Positions 12,153 through 25,800 of a stretch of DNA of 64,000 bases are shown here, one piece after another. The notes beneath the pieces were generated by a model, which saw only the letters and a list, made by a program, of their open reading frames with translations, was not told the origin of the DNA and made no database searches. Each line of letters starts with the position of its first letter. Position 1 is the first letter of the stretch. The stretch lies in contig LVLI01000101.1 in the NCBI GenBank assembly GCA_001687465.1, positions 1 through 64,000 of the forward strand, written 5' to 3'. Source of the DNA: Halocafeteria seosinensis (Eukaryota). A program made the position numbers and the translations under genes.

Positions 12153-14364
12153 ATGCAATGGAGACGGGTGTTCTCCACGGTTGCAAGAGGGGAACCAGCG
12201 AGATACTCTTCCTCTGGTTCAGCTCCTGTGCTCATCACCACACCCATCTACTATTGCAATGCTACCCCACATGTTAGTATGCAGTCCATGCGCATGCAAT
12301 TGGATAAACAAAATTCTGAAATCACTGTATGAGTATTGCTTACTGAATGAATGTGACGTGGCTGCAGATTGGACACATCTACTCGAGTATTGTGGCGGAT
12401 ACACTAAGTCGATACCAGCGGCAATTGGCTCGACGTCCGACGAGGTTGTCCACAGGAACCGATGAACATGGGAGTAAGGTAAGCTCTCTCGCATTCAAGC
12501 TGGATCTAGTTAGCCGTTTATCCTTATCACGGACGCAAGACATATTCAGGTGATGGAAGCTGCACAGAAGAACTCTCCTGCGGGTTCAGTAAAAGAGTAT
12601 ACAGATACCATCTCTAGTTACTTTAAAGTCGCCATGGATGACTTTAATGTAGGCTATGATACGTTTGTGCGAACAACAGACGATAGACATAAGCGAACAG
12701 TCGAATGGATGTGGAAGCGCATCGTTGACCGTGGATGCATATATAAGGGCTCTCATACTGGGTGGTACTGTAGATCGGAAGAAGCATTTATTCCGGCCAG
12801 TCAAGTTACCACGGACGAAAACGGAAACCATGTGATAGAGGATAGACCATGGCAAGGCGTAGAATACATGTCCGAAGAAAATTATAAGTTTCGTTTATCA
12901 CTCTTTCGCGACCCTCTTCTTCAGTGGATGGACGGAGAGTTATCGGACAAGGAACTGTACAACAAGACAAACAAACTGCTTCAGGAGACACCGGGGTGTG
13001 TTTCTCATGATGCAATCAGCAAGCATAGTCAAGAAACTACAGGAGTTTTGAAAGCTTGGGACCGATCGAACAAGGAGAAATCTGAGGGAAAACGAAGTCC
13101 TATTGTGCCGTACTCAAGATCCAATGAACTGCGCGCAATTCTCGAGGATGGACTCGAAGATCTATCAGTTTCACGTCTCAGCTCCAAAGTTAGTTGGGGC
13201 ATTCGAGTACCAACGGATCCGCAGCATACTGTCTATGTATGGCTCGATGCGCTTACAAATTATTTGACAGTATCTAATATGTACGAGAATTTCGGTGCCA
13301 ACCCGAACCATGAAATGAGCGACACATATACATCTTCGACAACTCAGACTTGGTGGCCTGCGGAAACACATGTTATCGGAAAAGACATTCTAAAATTTCA
13401 TTGCGTATACTGGCCTGCGTTTTTGTTGGCGGCAGGTTTGCCCCTTCCAAAAAGGGTTCTTATACATGGGCACTGGCTTTCAGAAGGAAGAAAAATGAGC
13501 AAAAGCTTAGGCAACATTGTCGATCTCAATGACCTGAAGGCCCAAGTAAGTTCTCCCTTTATGTAAAGGTTGATTCGTGTGGCACCAGACTTCAAATCCG
13601 CTTTCTGTTTCAGTACCCAATCGACGCACTCAGGTATTTCCTGTTGAGAGAAGGGAGGTTTGATCAGGATGGAAACATTCACCACGAAAACCTCGAAAGA
13701 CGAGCTATAGGAGACTGCGCGGATACACTGGGCAACCTTGGTTAGTATTTTTTTCACATACACCCGAGGGTTGTCAGAGGTTGATACGTGTCTACGTTGT
13801 GTATGAGAGCAGCCTCCCGAGCGCTTGGTCGTGTGCTATTGCCAAACCAACAGGTCCCGATCCCGGGACACTTGGAAGACGACGAAAAACAAATCATAGA
13901 GCTGGTCAATTCACTACAAATAACCGTTGGCGAGCACTATGAGAATGCCGATGTAGGTCTGCGAGTTACTTTCCCCTTTACAAGTCCCATCCTAGTTATC
14001 GTTTTCCATTCCTCAGGTTTCCTCTGCCTTGGAACAAATCATGGACGCGGCTGGGGAAGTCAACCGTTACTTCGCAAACAGTGAACCATGGAATCTTCGC
14101 CCAGGGAAACCGAACGAAAATGAGAACAGGCTGCGAACAGTACTTTGGTTAACACTGGAATCATTGAGGGTGTTTGGAATTCTATTGCAACCAGCAATGC
14201 CTTCTTCGATGGCACGGTTGCTTGATTACCTCGGTGTCGAACAGGGGGAAGAGTACCGGTCCCTAGCTACTGCATATCTTGACATAGAAGGCTTTAAGCC
14301 CCGTCCTGTCGGTTCCGCAGTCGGTTTTGACGAAAAGCTTGTCTTGTTTGAAAAAAAGCGCTGA
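12153..14364 (+). CDS. MARS2: Methionyl-tRNA synthetase, mitochondrial/bacterial type; multi-exon
   Basis: MQWRRVFSTVAR presequence, ITTPIYYCNATPH|IGH (HIGH split by an intron), TGTDEHG, YVWLDALTNY, IGKDILKFH, KMSKSLGN and an anticodon-domain N.YF...EPW. Confidence 0.92.
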
Positions 14365-14635
14365 TACGAATGTCGCCTGATGTAACTGGACCGCCGCATC
14401 ATCCGCGGGCGGAACGTGGAGTTCAAAAAGTATCGGGCATTCTTCTGACGTCCTCTATATTTTCAGTTTAGTTGTGCTCACCCCTAGTGGTTTTGAATCA
14501 CGATCCAGCCTGGCTCACTAATGCCCGTAATCGTCAAATATCCGGACTGAAGGCCAGGTTCTACATCGTTACCGAAGGCTGTATATCAATGTGCAGAATA
14601 CCAGCTTGGATTCGATTGCTCCTCCATTCATCCGA

Positions 14636-17386
14636 CTACATTGCTTTAGACAGTTTTTTGGCAGCTTGCCTTTTGCGGTTATGATTGGCGACTGCTGACT
14701 TATTCTCTGTTTTTTTCTTGGCCTGTGTGGTCGTATATCCACCTGCAGCCCGCGGTCCTTTTCCAGAAACTTTTTTCGATGGTTTAGTGCTGGGTCCTTC
14801 GGCAGGCTTGGCGCGTTCTCCTTTCCCCGCTCCATCACTATTGCTCTTTCCTCTGGCATTGCCCTTGTTCTTGTTCTGGCTCTTTGAACTGTCTTTGGAT
14901 GATTTTGAAGACTTGGCGACTACCTTGTCAGCTGTTTTATTGACTTCACCCGACTCTCTATTTTCCTCTTTCAATGTCCCGTCTTCGTCCAACATGTCAA
15001 CGGTGCGGTGCTCCTGCAAGAAGTCTCTTCGGTTCTTTATCCATACAGGTTCACTGTCATCTTGATCCCCTTCGGGTTTTTTGTCCGTATCCAGTTCTTG
15101 GTCAGCTGCTATACAGAGATATCAACACTTGTTTCAATAAAGGCGAATGGAAGATATTGAGTGGGTACTCACCCAGATTATTGTCATTTACTCCGTATGC
15201 TCCGATAGCGTCGAAGCTATCATCATACTCATCTTCGTACTCGTCGAAACTGCAAAGTAACAATAGCCGAACTCAGTGAGTTGAGGAGGTAAACGTACAG
15301 ACTGAATATCCTACATGATACTCACCCTTGAAGACGGATCAAGTTTTTCATTTTCTCATTAAATTCCTTGTCTTCTTGAGCTTCGTTCCAAGACGCTGTC
15401 TTAGCATATCCATAGTTCTTTCCTTTTGTGCGGGACGACGAGCCCCCATTCTCGGCTATACGAGAAACGGCCTTATAGACGTCGTCATTTTCTAATCGGA
15501 GATACTCCCGGATCCTATCATCCGAAAGACTAGGGAAGATCTCCTTAATAGTATGGAAAGCTTCGTCGTTAGCGAAATTGTCGGGTGGTTCTTCGTCGCC
15601 ATCCATTAGCAGCCCCGTAAGCTGTTCAACCAAGTATTCTTTTCTACCTTCATCAATATGGAATGCACAATTTTCATCACTCCCTTCCAAGTGATCTAAC
15701 AACTTCTTGCATGGGTAACGTAAGGCGTCCAGAGCGAATGAGCATTCGAAACCTTTTCCTACTCTGCCTCTCAAGATAGGATTGATATTGTCCCTTTCCC
15801 CATATGGCAGCATGCTCACTGACACCTTAAATAAAGAAGAATAACCGGTACAAAGAACCTCAAAAAATTCTTCACTAAGCTCATTATTATTAAGACCAAA
15901 GATCCGCGGCACTTCCATTTCCTTCGGTTCACTCTCCTTTTCCGCTACTCCCGTAAAACTTGTGAGCTGTTCAGCTAAGAGAGGCGGCGGTACTCTAAGG
16001 GGCCATAAATAGGAGAACGCCACAACTCTAGCAAGCGTCCGCGTTATCTGAAATGAACACTGCCTAATGTTCCTGACTATGCTACTCTGCGAGTAAATGT
16101 CACTCAATCGCTCCGTACTATTCACTTCCAAAGCTGAGTTACATTGGCCCTCGTCCAGAATTGATAAGGTTACCAGAGGCAGGCAATGATCGTACAAATA
16201 GCACAAGGACGAAATTAGAGGATCATTCCAAAATCTGGAACCCTTTTCCTCTCCTTCAGGTGCAGTAGCAGCAGCGCCACCAGAGTCCCTTTCGCAACGC
16301 CCGTGTACCAACGATAATGCAAGATAAGGATAGCCTGTAATACTGCTGGCCAATGAGCATGTTGTATCAACTAGATATTCTGTGATTTGAGAACACAGTA
16401 ACACATCATCATTGGACAAGTTTGCCTTAGTAGATCGTTTTATCAGTTCATCTTCGCTCAGTCTTTTGCAATCAGTCCCTCGATCCAGACCGCAGCCTCG
16501 AGCAATTAACGCGCTGAACTCGTCAATAACTTCTGATAAGGTTCGTTCTATGTTCGGAATTAGGTCTTGTTCGAAGTTAGAGAGTTTTTCAGGCACAGCG
16601 TCGAACAACTTGGCACAGACACCTCGTAACCAAACGGAATGATGACCCCCATTTTCCTTCTCGCCGATGTCAACGAAACAACTCGCTAGGTCGGTCAAGC
16701 GACCCGAGGAAAACACTCCCGACTCCATCAAGAACTTTTCGTATTCTCCATTTCGATTCTGAACCCTGATATCTTCTCTGCTTCGGAGTACTAGCGTGTT
16801 GCAGCTCTGAACTTCGCTGCTGAGTGTACGAACGAACGCGGATAGCACGTAATGATGAATCTTCTTCCTCTGAACCCAGAATCAAAAAGCATAGAGTTAA
16901 CCATTACAATCAATACGAGGGAATCAACGATCAGAAGCGACTCACTTCGTCAGAAAACATGTCCGAAAATCGATCGAATTGCTGCCCCTGGGTTGAGCTT
17001 TCGCTGATTAGGTCATATTCTCTCTCGACAAACTGCAGGTAAGAGTCGAAAAACTGTCGACATTCCACGTCACATACCATCAACGATAGGAACTCGTCGA
17101 AAGGTAGTGACAGCAGCGTCTCCAATGCATGAACAGCCTTCTCAATCACGTGTTGGGTTTGTTGGGCGTCCTGCAGCTCGGAGGCATTGTCTTCGCGCAT
17201 ATAGGGCACGAACAACAGCTTGTGCTTCTCTTTCACATTATGAGCCTGTATCCATTAGACAGAGTAACCACGCAAGGGGGGTCAGCATCTGGTATAGGTG
17301 CTATGACAAGAAAAAGTTGCACGTACCACTTGGGGGCCAATGTAGATAGTGGCGTCTTTGGTTGTATGTTTGCTTGTTTTACTCAT
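14636..17386 (-). CDS. ASCC2: Activating signal cointegrator 1 complex subunit 2-like (CUE domain); multi-exon
   Basis: CUE-like IKEIFPSLSDDRIREYLRLENDDVYKAVSRI, a YEDEYDDSFD motif at about 15210-15240, and C-terminal NKSAVANHNRKRQAAKK. The start exon at 17386 is inferred from splice signals. Confidence 0.75.
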
Positions 17387-17869
17387 TATTTCAGCATACA
17401 AGTTAATAGTTCAATATCTGATGTGTGCCATAAAGAGATAGGAAGTGACCAATCCACTTCCATACAACTTGTATGATACAAGTAGGGAGTCCTTAGACCT
17501 AAGGACGATCAGGCTTCAACTTCACGCCAACTATTCCCAGACTGGAAGACCAACGACAACGAGACTTCCCAGGTCGGAAAGACGCGATTCGTACCATAGT
17601 AACAATAAACGTGAGATGTAACTCTTTCAGTTTTTTGTACAATTTGATTTGATTTGATACGTTGCATAATCCGTCTGGAAGGAATCCAAGTAGCACACGA
17701 AGTTCCAACACGGGAATCGTCTCACCTATCCGTAAACTGAATATTCCAAATACAAATTAATACTATAGACGCAGAATAATGCCCAAGACAGCCAAGAATT
17801 TGCCTGGCAGATCGAATGAGACGCACACACAGGTAGAGAGCAATTGTTAAGTGCTTTTGCACCCGTGCA

Positions 17870-19215
17870 TTACCCTTGATGAACGCATAGTCTGGCATCA
17901 TCACCCACAGAAGCTATTCGTGTACCATGCTCATTGTATGCAACACCCCAAACAGGCTCTGTGTGTGCCTCATACGTGTGACTGCATTCTCGAGAACGAG
18001 TATCCCACAACTTGACAGTCTTATCACTGGAACCAGAGCAAATCCCGATACCGTCAGACCTGGCATCAACCGAAAGGACCCATCCTAAATGGCCAAATAG
18101 ACCGTAAACTAACGAGGATGTATGAGATTCTCCACCGCTGCGAGGAACTCACAATTAATCAAACCACTAGGAGAGCTGATCCAATTTATACATACACATC
18201 GTAAGCATTTATCCTGCCATCATCACTGGCACTATATAGTTTACCACCGTCCGGACTGAATGCAACGGAGCGGACTGCCATGGAGTGAGCTTCTATTTTA
18301 TGGATAAGTTTGCCCGATTCTACGTCCAACACGTATACCAGTCCTTTCGATGATCCAGAAGCAACTTTCCTTCCATCCGGCGACTGAAGAAACAGATAAA
18401 AACTCGCAAAATCCAAACGGCAAGGTACTCATATACAATTTCTTGTTCTTACATATTGTACCGTTGTGGCAAAATCTCCATGAGTATCCAACGTAGACGC
18501 TAATTCTCCAGTTTCAGTGTTCCATATGTGGATCTGCCCTCCATGCGTCCCTGTTGCCAGGTGTCTGCCATCAGGATGATACGCTAGCTTCCAGCTGTTT
18601 AACACACCACAGTCAATGAACTGCTCCATTTCCCCCTTTTCTACATCGTAGACTCGTATATGCGAATCCATCGAATTGGCAGCGAGCTCTGAGTGGTACA
18701 GCAACAAGCCCGAGTTCGTCAAACACAAATAAAATTTCAGCTATATACCAATAGAGATAACCAGTCAAGGCTTACTTGTTCCGTCTTTGTTAAAGGCCAC
18801 ACTTACCACACCTAGAGTGTTTTCCTTAAATGTGGATATTGTATGAGCCTGAGCATTCTTTTCATCCTCCACTCTGGCCGATTCCGTCCCCCTGTTTTGC
18901 GTTCATACGATGCCCAGTCAAAAATGTAGCGACTCTATGATGGGTAGATGATATCATCTTACCATATTTTGACTGTCTCATCCATGGACCCCGTGGCTAT
19001 ACATCCATTCTGAAGGATGTCCTCGTGGATAATATCTGCCTGGTCACTCGTGTCTGTGGCTTCATTCCTCTGCTTTCCAGGAGCCCATGCTACACAAAAT
19101 AGTGAATCAGTGTGAGCATTTGGGACTGTAATAGTTGTACGATACTGCGATGATTCCACCCATCTAATGAGACTCAATGGCGCTACACCGAGAGACACTG
19201 CTGTATACATACCAT
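17870..19215 (-). CDS. WDR61: WD40 protein, WDR61/Ski8-like; multi-exon
   Basis: NAHTDSLFCVAW, ATGSMDETVKIW, LGVVSV, NSMDSHIRVYD, WKLAYHPDG, AHSMAVRSVAFSPDG, GHLGWVLSV and SSDKTVKLWD give a 7-blade WD40 pattern with Ski8-type signatures. Confidence 0.82.
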
Positions 19216-19733
19216 TATTGTACAAACGTCCGTGACTAGATATGACAGTACACAAGGATAAGAGGAGGCCTCATAAGTCTACTCTAGCCGAAACAACCCC
19301 CACAAAATGGCACTGAATAAATATATCAGGAGACCGGGTAATTTACTGCATGGCATCTGAATGCATGCAGCATGTTGAATACCTTCACAAGTGTCGACAC
19401 ACCCGGGTATTGGACACCATGAATATGGTAGGCTTGCAATAGCCATCAAATAGCCTACTGTAAACAACAAGCACAATAAGCTAGCAAGAAAACATGGTTT
19501 TACTTGTATTTATTTATCCTAGTTGTTACTCTGACTGAGAATTCTTCAGTGGGACCAGACTCAGCGTAATGGAATGCATAACAAAGGCATCTCCATTCTG
19601 GAAGACTACTAGTCCCCCCAGAGTAGGGAAGCTGATCGTCAACCCTCCAGACTCGAAGACACTGCAGTAACTCTACGAGCCCCATCTGCTGTGTAGCGCA
19701 AACAGGTACAATTTCAATGGAACATTTTATCAC

Positions 19734-22351
19734 TCAACGTTGGAGTTTTGCTCCGTTTAGAATTGCAAGAGCATTCTTAGAAGGTTGGCGTTTCTCCCTT
19801 TGTGAGCTCGTCGACGTACTCTGGAGCTCGTGGTATCGCGGAAGAAGACAAGCCATAGATTGTGTTTGGTTCTCTGTCAAGTGAGCTTCAAGAACTCGAG
19901 CTCCAACCTGGAGCCCACGACGATATTGAGATGAACGATACAGGCAAATAGGACCACGACTAACCTGTCTTGCTAACTCCTGTAGGCATAATGTTGCAAA
20001 ATGAGCCGACTGTTTGTGGGGGCCTTCCGCACAATTGATAATTTCCGGAATTAAGCCTTCCAAATGCGCTTTTACATCCTCCTTCTTAATACTCTTTACT
20101 ATTTTAGTCATAGTAAGCCATATTGTCGCCTGTTTGAGCACATACTACATATTGTTGCGAGGATACACCCGCTGTCTTGTTAAAATTCTTACGCACCTGT
20201 AAGTTCATCGCATGATAGAAGTGGCGGCATCGTGATACCTCCACTACTGTTGGAAGGAACTCAGCAATTTTTTCGGGATACACCTCTGAAACCTCACTGA
20301 GCAAGAACAAGGCCCCATCGGTTGCTTCCCACAACTGTTGCTGGCGACTGAACGAATGATCCATACAACCTCCGCCTCTCTTCTTAAGCTTTGGAGCAAG
20401 GGACCCACAGGAATATACTTCTTGATTTGTGTGACGATTTTCGTCAGATTCATGTAAATGCTTCGCTACGGAAAACTGGGACGTATTTGATAAGTCTGAG
20501 TACCTGGCCAGGATCAAAATGAAACCGCTAGTTGAGATAAGGAAGCACACATCTTCAGTTGAAATCTTACTGGGAACTTTCTTTAGGCTGATCTTTTACT
20601 GAAGGGAGATAACTTTCTAGGATTGCCGCCACAGTAGGGTATGCTTCATCGCCATAGGCGCGGAGATATCGTTTGAAGCTGATTGCACTATTCTTCCTTA
20701 CAGACCATACATTGTCCCACAAATGCGCCCTCCATCGTGGAACCAGCTTTTCTTCACAGCAATCTTTACATTCGTCAGGGAAGGCCTCCACGAATTTACC
20801 AGTGGCCTCACATGCTGCGTCACGTACGGGCCAGGATTCATCATCAAAGCATTGCAATAGGACCTCAAGTAGATTTGCAACATGTTTTCTTAAAGGGACG
20901 GAAGGAAGTTTCAAAGATAACTCGGAAATACAGTGACATGCAGCTTCTCGCACGGCGTGATTATCAGAGTCGGCTTGCTCCGAATAGTACTGAACAAAAG
21001 CATCTATGTGACGAACAATAGCATCTTTTGCTCCCTTCCCTTCCGAGGGAGGAAACAGTGATTCCCATAGTGCCTGGGATGCGTTACGAACTCCAGCTGC
21101 GACGTAGTAGCGATTAAGGCAAATTTTTGGAAGCAGTTCTTCATAATACTTCTCTATGTTTTGTTTTCCATCACTCTGCAGCAGCGTCTTAGCCGCTTGG
21201 GTCGCTGCATAACGCACTTGGGACCAGTTGTCCATTAGTCCATGGGACAGTATAGCAACGGTCGTAGACAGGACAACACTCTTCGATAATCCATCACCTT
21301 CCAAACTGCTCATGGTCTTGCAATATGCGAGGGAATCATCTAGATTTACAGTGGGGAAGACGTCTCTCTCACAAGGGTCGGAGCATTGTCCATCCGCGAA
21401 ACACCGGACAATTTTGTCCAGAGATTCATGTGCTCTTTGGCGCACAAACCGATTTTGATGGCAACTGCAAAAACGAACTAAGCCCAACAGTAGGGGTTCG
21501 CCAACTTTTTTGGCAAGCATGGTTCGATGGGGTTCCCCCACTGATCCCCCCAAGAACATGGCATCAATGGATGATATTGCAGTCTCCACAGCTTTCCATC
21601 CGACCGTATCGTGAGCCACCATCATGACGTCGTCTACTTCTGTGTCGTCCATTTCCTTAGCTTCCAGATTTCTTAGGAACAGCTCTAGTATACGCACTTT
21701 GAGAGAGTTCCAGATGTCTACACCATGCCACCTGGACAACATAGTCAGTGCACGGTGAACCGAGGAGCGCACCCTCGGTTCTCGATGATCGAGGTAGCAA
21801 TGTACAGAGGATAACACAGAGTCGTATTCATTCCTCAATATCTTTTCTTGTAACGAGCACATGAAGTTATCGTTTTCCTGTCTCCGTAAATTTCCCACCT
21901 CCTGAAATATTGGCAACATGGAACACTGAATGACTGACTGTCAGACCATGGCGAATGCACATACCGAAACGACTTCCAGTGCGGTGACAAGAACCGGCCA
22001 CGTTGGAGCATCGTAGCCACCGATGTCACCTAAAGACCCCGTTCGGGGGAACGTCTCCTGATGAGGCGTACGCAGCATGGTACGGAGAGCTTGTACACCT
22101 CTCTCGACGGGTTCCACTTCCTCTTCTTCGAAAACATCGTCGAGAGGTATCGGTGGGTTCGAATTCGTGAAAACGCCATTTGATACAAAGGCCTTATACA
22201 ATCTGGAGGCTGCACCATAGTCCTCGGGAGAAGCAGCTACATGCGCGCTCCTGGTAGCTGTCTGAGTTCCAGGTTGATCATGTGTCTGTGGGTCATGGAA
22301 ACGCAGTAGAGACTCCAGCGCCGATTGTGCGCTGTTTGTGTCGATCGGCAT
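19734..22351 (-). CDS. HEAT/ARM-repeat protein of unknown function; multi-exon
   Basis: Repeated HEAT signatures: LDHREPRVR, DNWSQVRYAA, SDNHAVREAAC, DESWPVRDAAC and DNVWSVRKNS. Confidence 0.75.
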
Positions 22352-22883
22352 GGCCAGATACTAGGATGTTTCCGGACACATGTACACGCACGAAATTAGT
22401 CGCGCACTTTGACAAACAAAGCCAACAAGTACGTAAAGTGTTTAGTTCAATGGCTTCGTTGAAGTTCAGCCGGCTCGGCTCAGCTTCACAGACAGCAATT
22501 CAGCGCAAGCTCGCCACAACTACTGGATTCCAGTAACTGGAAGGACGTGACGTTTAAGACGTCCTCGCTGAGAGTGGATTGAGGTCGTGGATACACACTT
22601 GCTGGATGGAGTAGGAGTTCCCACCAAACATCGGTGAATGTTGAGAAGGCAGAGCGTGCATACACGCAGCGAGTCAAGGTAAGCCGCGAGATCCCTTAAC
22701 GGCTGTAGGTACATGTCTCTTTACATGGGCCACAAATGCACTGTACTACGTCTATTATACTTTGCGGTTGTTCTTGCTCCATTGCACCGCTCGAATGGCA
22801 TATATGCTCCCTGCGCAGTCTATAACGCCTGTTTATTGTGGTGGTTTGCGCAGGTCGCCGTGGCGGAAGTGGTCACGACCACA

Positions 22884-25800
22884 ATGAGTATGAACAGTAC
22901 AAGAGATTGGGTACTCCATAGAACCCCCAATGATTTAAATCTCTCCTCCCATTCGGCGGCATCAGGCGCCAGAGATGCCTATGATACGCTGCTACAGCTG
23001 AAATCGGCCAATACTTCCTTGTCTCAAGCTTCACGGGAGTCGCAGAAGAGATATCAGTCCGCTGTGGACGAAAATAAGAGTCTCAGACAGTCAATATTGC
23101 AAGAGTCGAAACACCGGTATAGTGAGGTAGGAACTCTCAGAGCAGCCTTGTAAGTATCATAGCCAGATACGCGCTCCTGATCCGCTTGACTTATGACTTA
23201 CTTCTCGACGCTATGTATTCACAGAGAACGGTCATATGCAGCGTTAGAAGACGCGGAGCACAGAGAAAACCAGTTGAAACAAGAGCTAGATGATCTCAGA
23301 GCCCATCATGAATCTCTCGAACGGACGGTTACCATTCAGCAAGGTGGCTCGGAGGAGTTCCACAATAGTGTCAATTCGTTGCAAGACATGCTTCAAGACG
23401 CCTTGGCCGAGAAGAATCAGTTACAATATCAGTTGTCCCAAATTCGTTCAGAGACGGCTATGAAGAAAGAAGAGAGCGTCCACCAAAACACTCAGAACCA
23501 ACGTTTGAGGGAACAGTTTCGCAACGCGGGTACAACCGCTCTAGTCTACACCCTGGTTTTTGCTCATAGAAGACACACGGCCCACAAGTTTGCCAAGGCT
23601 TTTCATGTCTGGAAATTCAAAACGCAACAATTGGTATCACAATCCCACACGAGAGAGCAATCAGAGAGCACCAAGCGCACCATTGCTCGAAACGCTGCTC
23701 TTCTGGTTGTCCATAACCGAAGCCGGTGGAGAGCACGGGCAATACTTAACTCCTGGAAATCGTATGCTACAGCACGACACACAAGAAAACGCATTGAACC
23801 TGTCGCAGCGAACCAAATTATAGCTATGCACCGGCGACGGTGCTTCAAGATGTGGCAACATGCGTTTGAAAGACGTTCAAAGCTCAAAACACGCTTCAAT
23901 AGGCTATCGTCGATATTTCAACGAGGCCGACAGAGATTTAGTTTGCATGTTATGCGTACTCACGCACTCCAGTTCCGTTGGGAGAGAGAACGTCAGGAAA
24001 ATCTAGAACGCTATGAACTGGTACAAGAGAAGCACTATGAGGCAATATCAAAACTGCTCTTATTGCAAAACCGCAAGACGCTTCTGAGAAAGAGGTTTAT
24101 GGCATGGCAATTTTTCGCGCAGAATCGTCGGAACATGTTCGAACAGCTCTTGTCTACCCGGCACCAAATTGATGAAAAACTCCGAAACCGCTACTTCGAT
24201 CGTTGGAAACTGGAAACGAGGAAGCTGTCCAGGGGCCGCCGACTCAGGGTGAGGATGGAACGCAATATGCTGCGCAGATTCTTTAAGTCATGGGCGCAGT
24301 CGATGTACGAAAATCAAATCGAGCAGTCGTTTATTCAACTAGAGGATGAAGCTAACGAAACACGTCAATATATTTCAACTCAGTCTCAAACGTTACTTAG
24401 CCGGATAATTGACCGTGAGCGCCGACTGATACTGGGGAAAACCTTCGACCAGTTAAAATATTGGACAAGCGTATCACTGCGTCGAAATTCCTCCCTACGA
24501 GCACTTAACAATAAGTTAAATTCCAAGCAGTTACAGCGGATCTTCTCTCACTGGAGATCGACTGCTCAAGATTCCTTTAAGAGGAAAAGCGCAATGTATA
24601 TGAACAATTTGGCTGAGAAAGGACGAATGGTTTCGAAAGCTGCATACACTTGTGGTGAACGGAGTGGTTTTTCCGTTGCAATGCAAAAACTTGTCCCCAT
24701 TATTGAAAATTTGTCTAAATTGAGCACGCTACGACATGGATGGGCAAATTGGAAACACCAAACCGTAGTAGGACGGACCATAGAACGAGCCAAGAAGAAA
24801 AGGGGCGAGAAGTTGATAACCAAATTGTTTTACAGATGGATTCTTTATTGCTCTCAATGCCATCTTAAGCGAAAGAAACAAGACTTCGGCAGTGTGACAG
24901 AGCGTATTCAACTCCAAAATTCCTCCAACGTTGCGCGATTGGTTTGGAACTCGTGGCTGCAATACCTTCGTGAACGAAGGATGCAGAAAAAGTATATTTC
25001 CATCGCCACCAGTCAGTTTTATAACAAACAGTTGCGGCAAACAGTAAGACACTGGAAGTCCATCGTCGTCGATGGTCGTAGGCGAAGACAAGCTCGAAGG
25101 GTGTTGGCTTTTATAGAGCAACGTAGGCTTCGTCTTCAAAGACTGAGAACTGCATTTGATAGTTTCCGAATAATTGTAAGAGGTTCCAAACTCGAACGCT
25201 CTAGCATTGAGACTGCAGCAACAACACTGAAGCAACAAGTCATGATGGCGTGGAAAATGCATTCGAACATTACGCGCATGAAAAGGAAAGCACTGCACTC
25301 ATCTCGACGCTTCCATAAGAGCCGGAAGTTACAGGAGTTCTTTAGTCGATGGCATCGATTTTCCGTAAGTACCTTCGAGGCTACTGAGTGTAGAGTACAA
25401 AATGTAAAGAGTCTCTCGTAATCACCGCAGAACCGGAACCGTTTGAAACGATTTATGGAAGCGGATAGCGGACGGCTACTTGTCAAAGCCCGGTTGGATC
25501 AAGGGTACCTCCTTGCAGCGTACAAAACAGAATCTTCGGTAGTCACTGCATTCCATCATTGGAAAAATTTCTTAGTATCTCGGAAAGCATTCAAGTCGGC
25601 CGACGTCCATGTGGAGCGTCGAAGAGAGGGCGCGCTCGAAAACCTGTCATGTTTAGTGAAGTTGCGACAGTTGATGTGCGCCTACTATCGCTGGAAGGAA
25701 GATACATTTAACGGAAAGGTAAGAGCCCTACCCACTCCTATTTGTTTCGAATGCAACACTGACAAGTAGCAATTTCGGGAATACGCAGGTCGAAGCTATA

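Noticed and set aside
17565..17590. CCCAGGTCGGAAAGAC resembling SRP RNA helix 8
   Set aside because: The required downstream AGCAG and the long SRP helices are absent.
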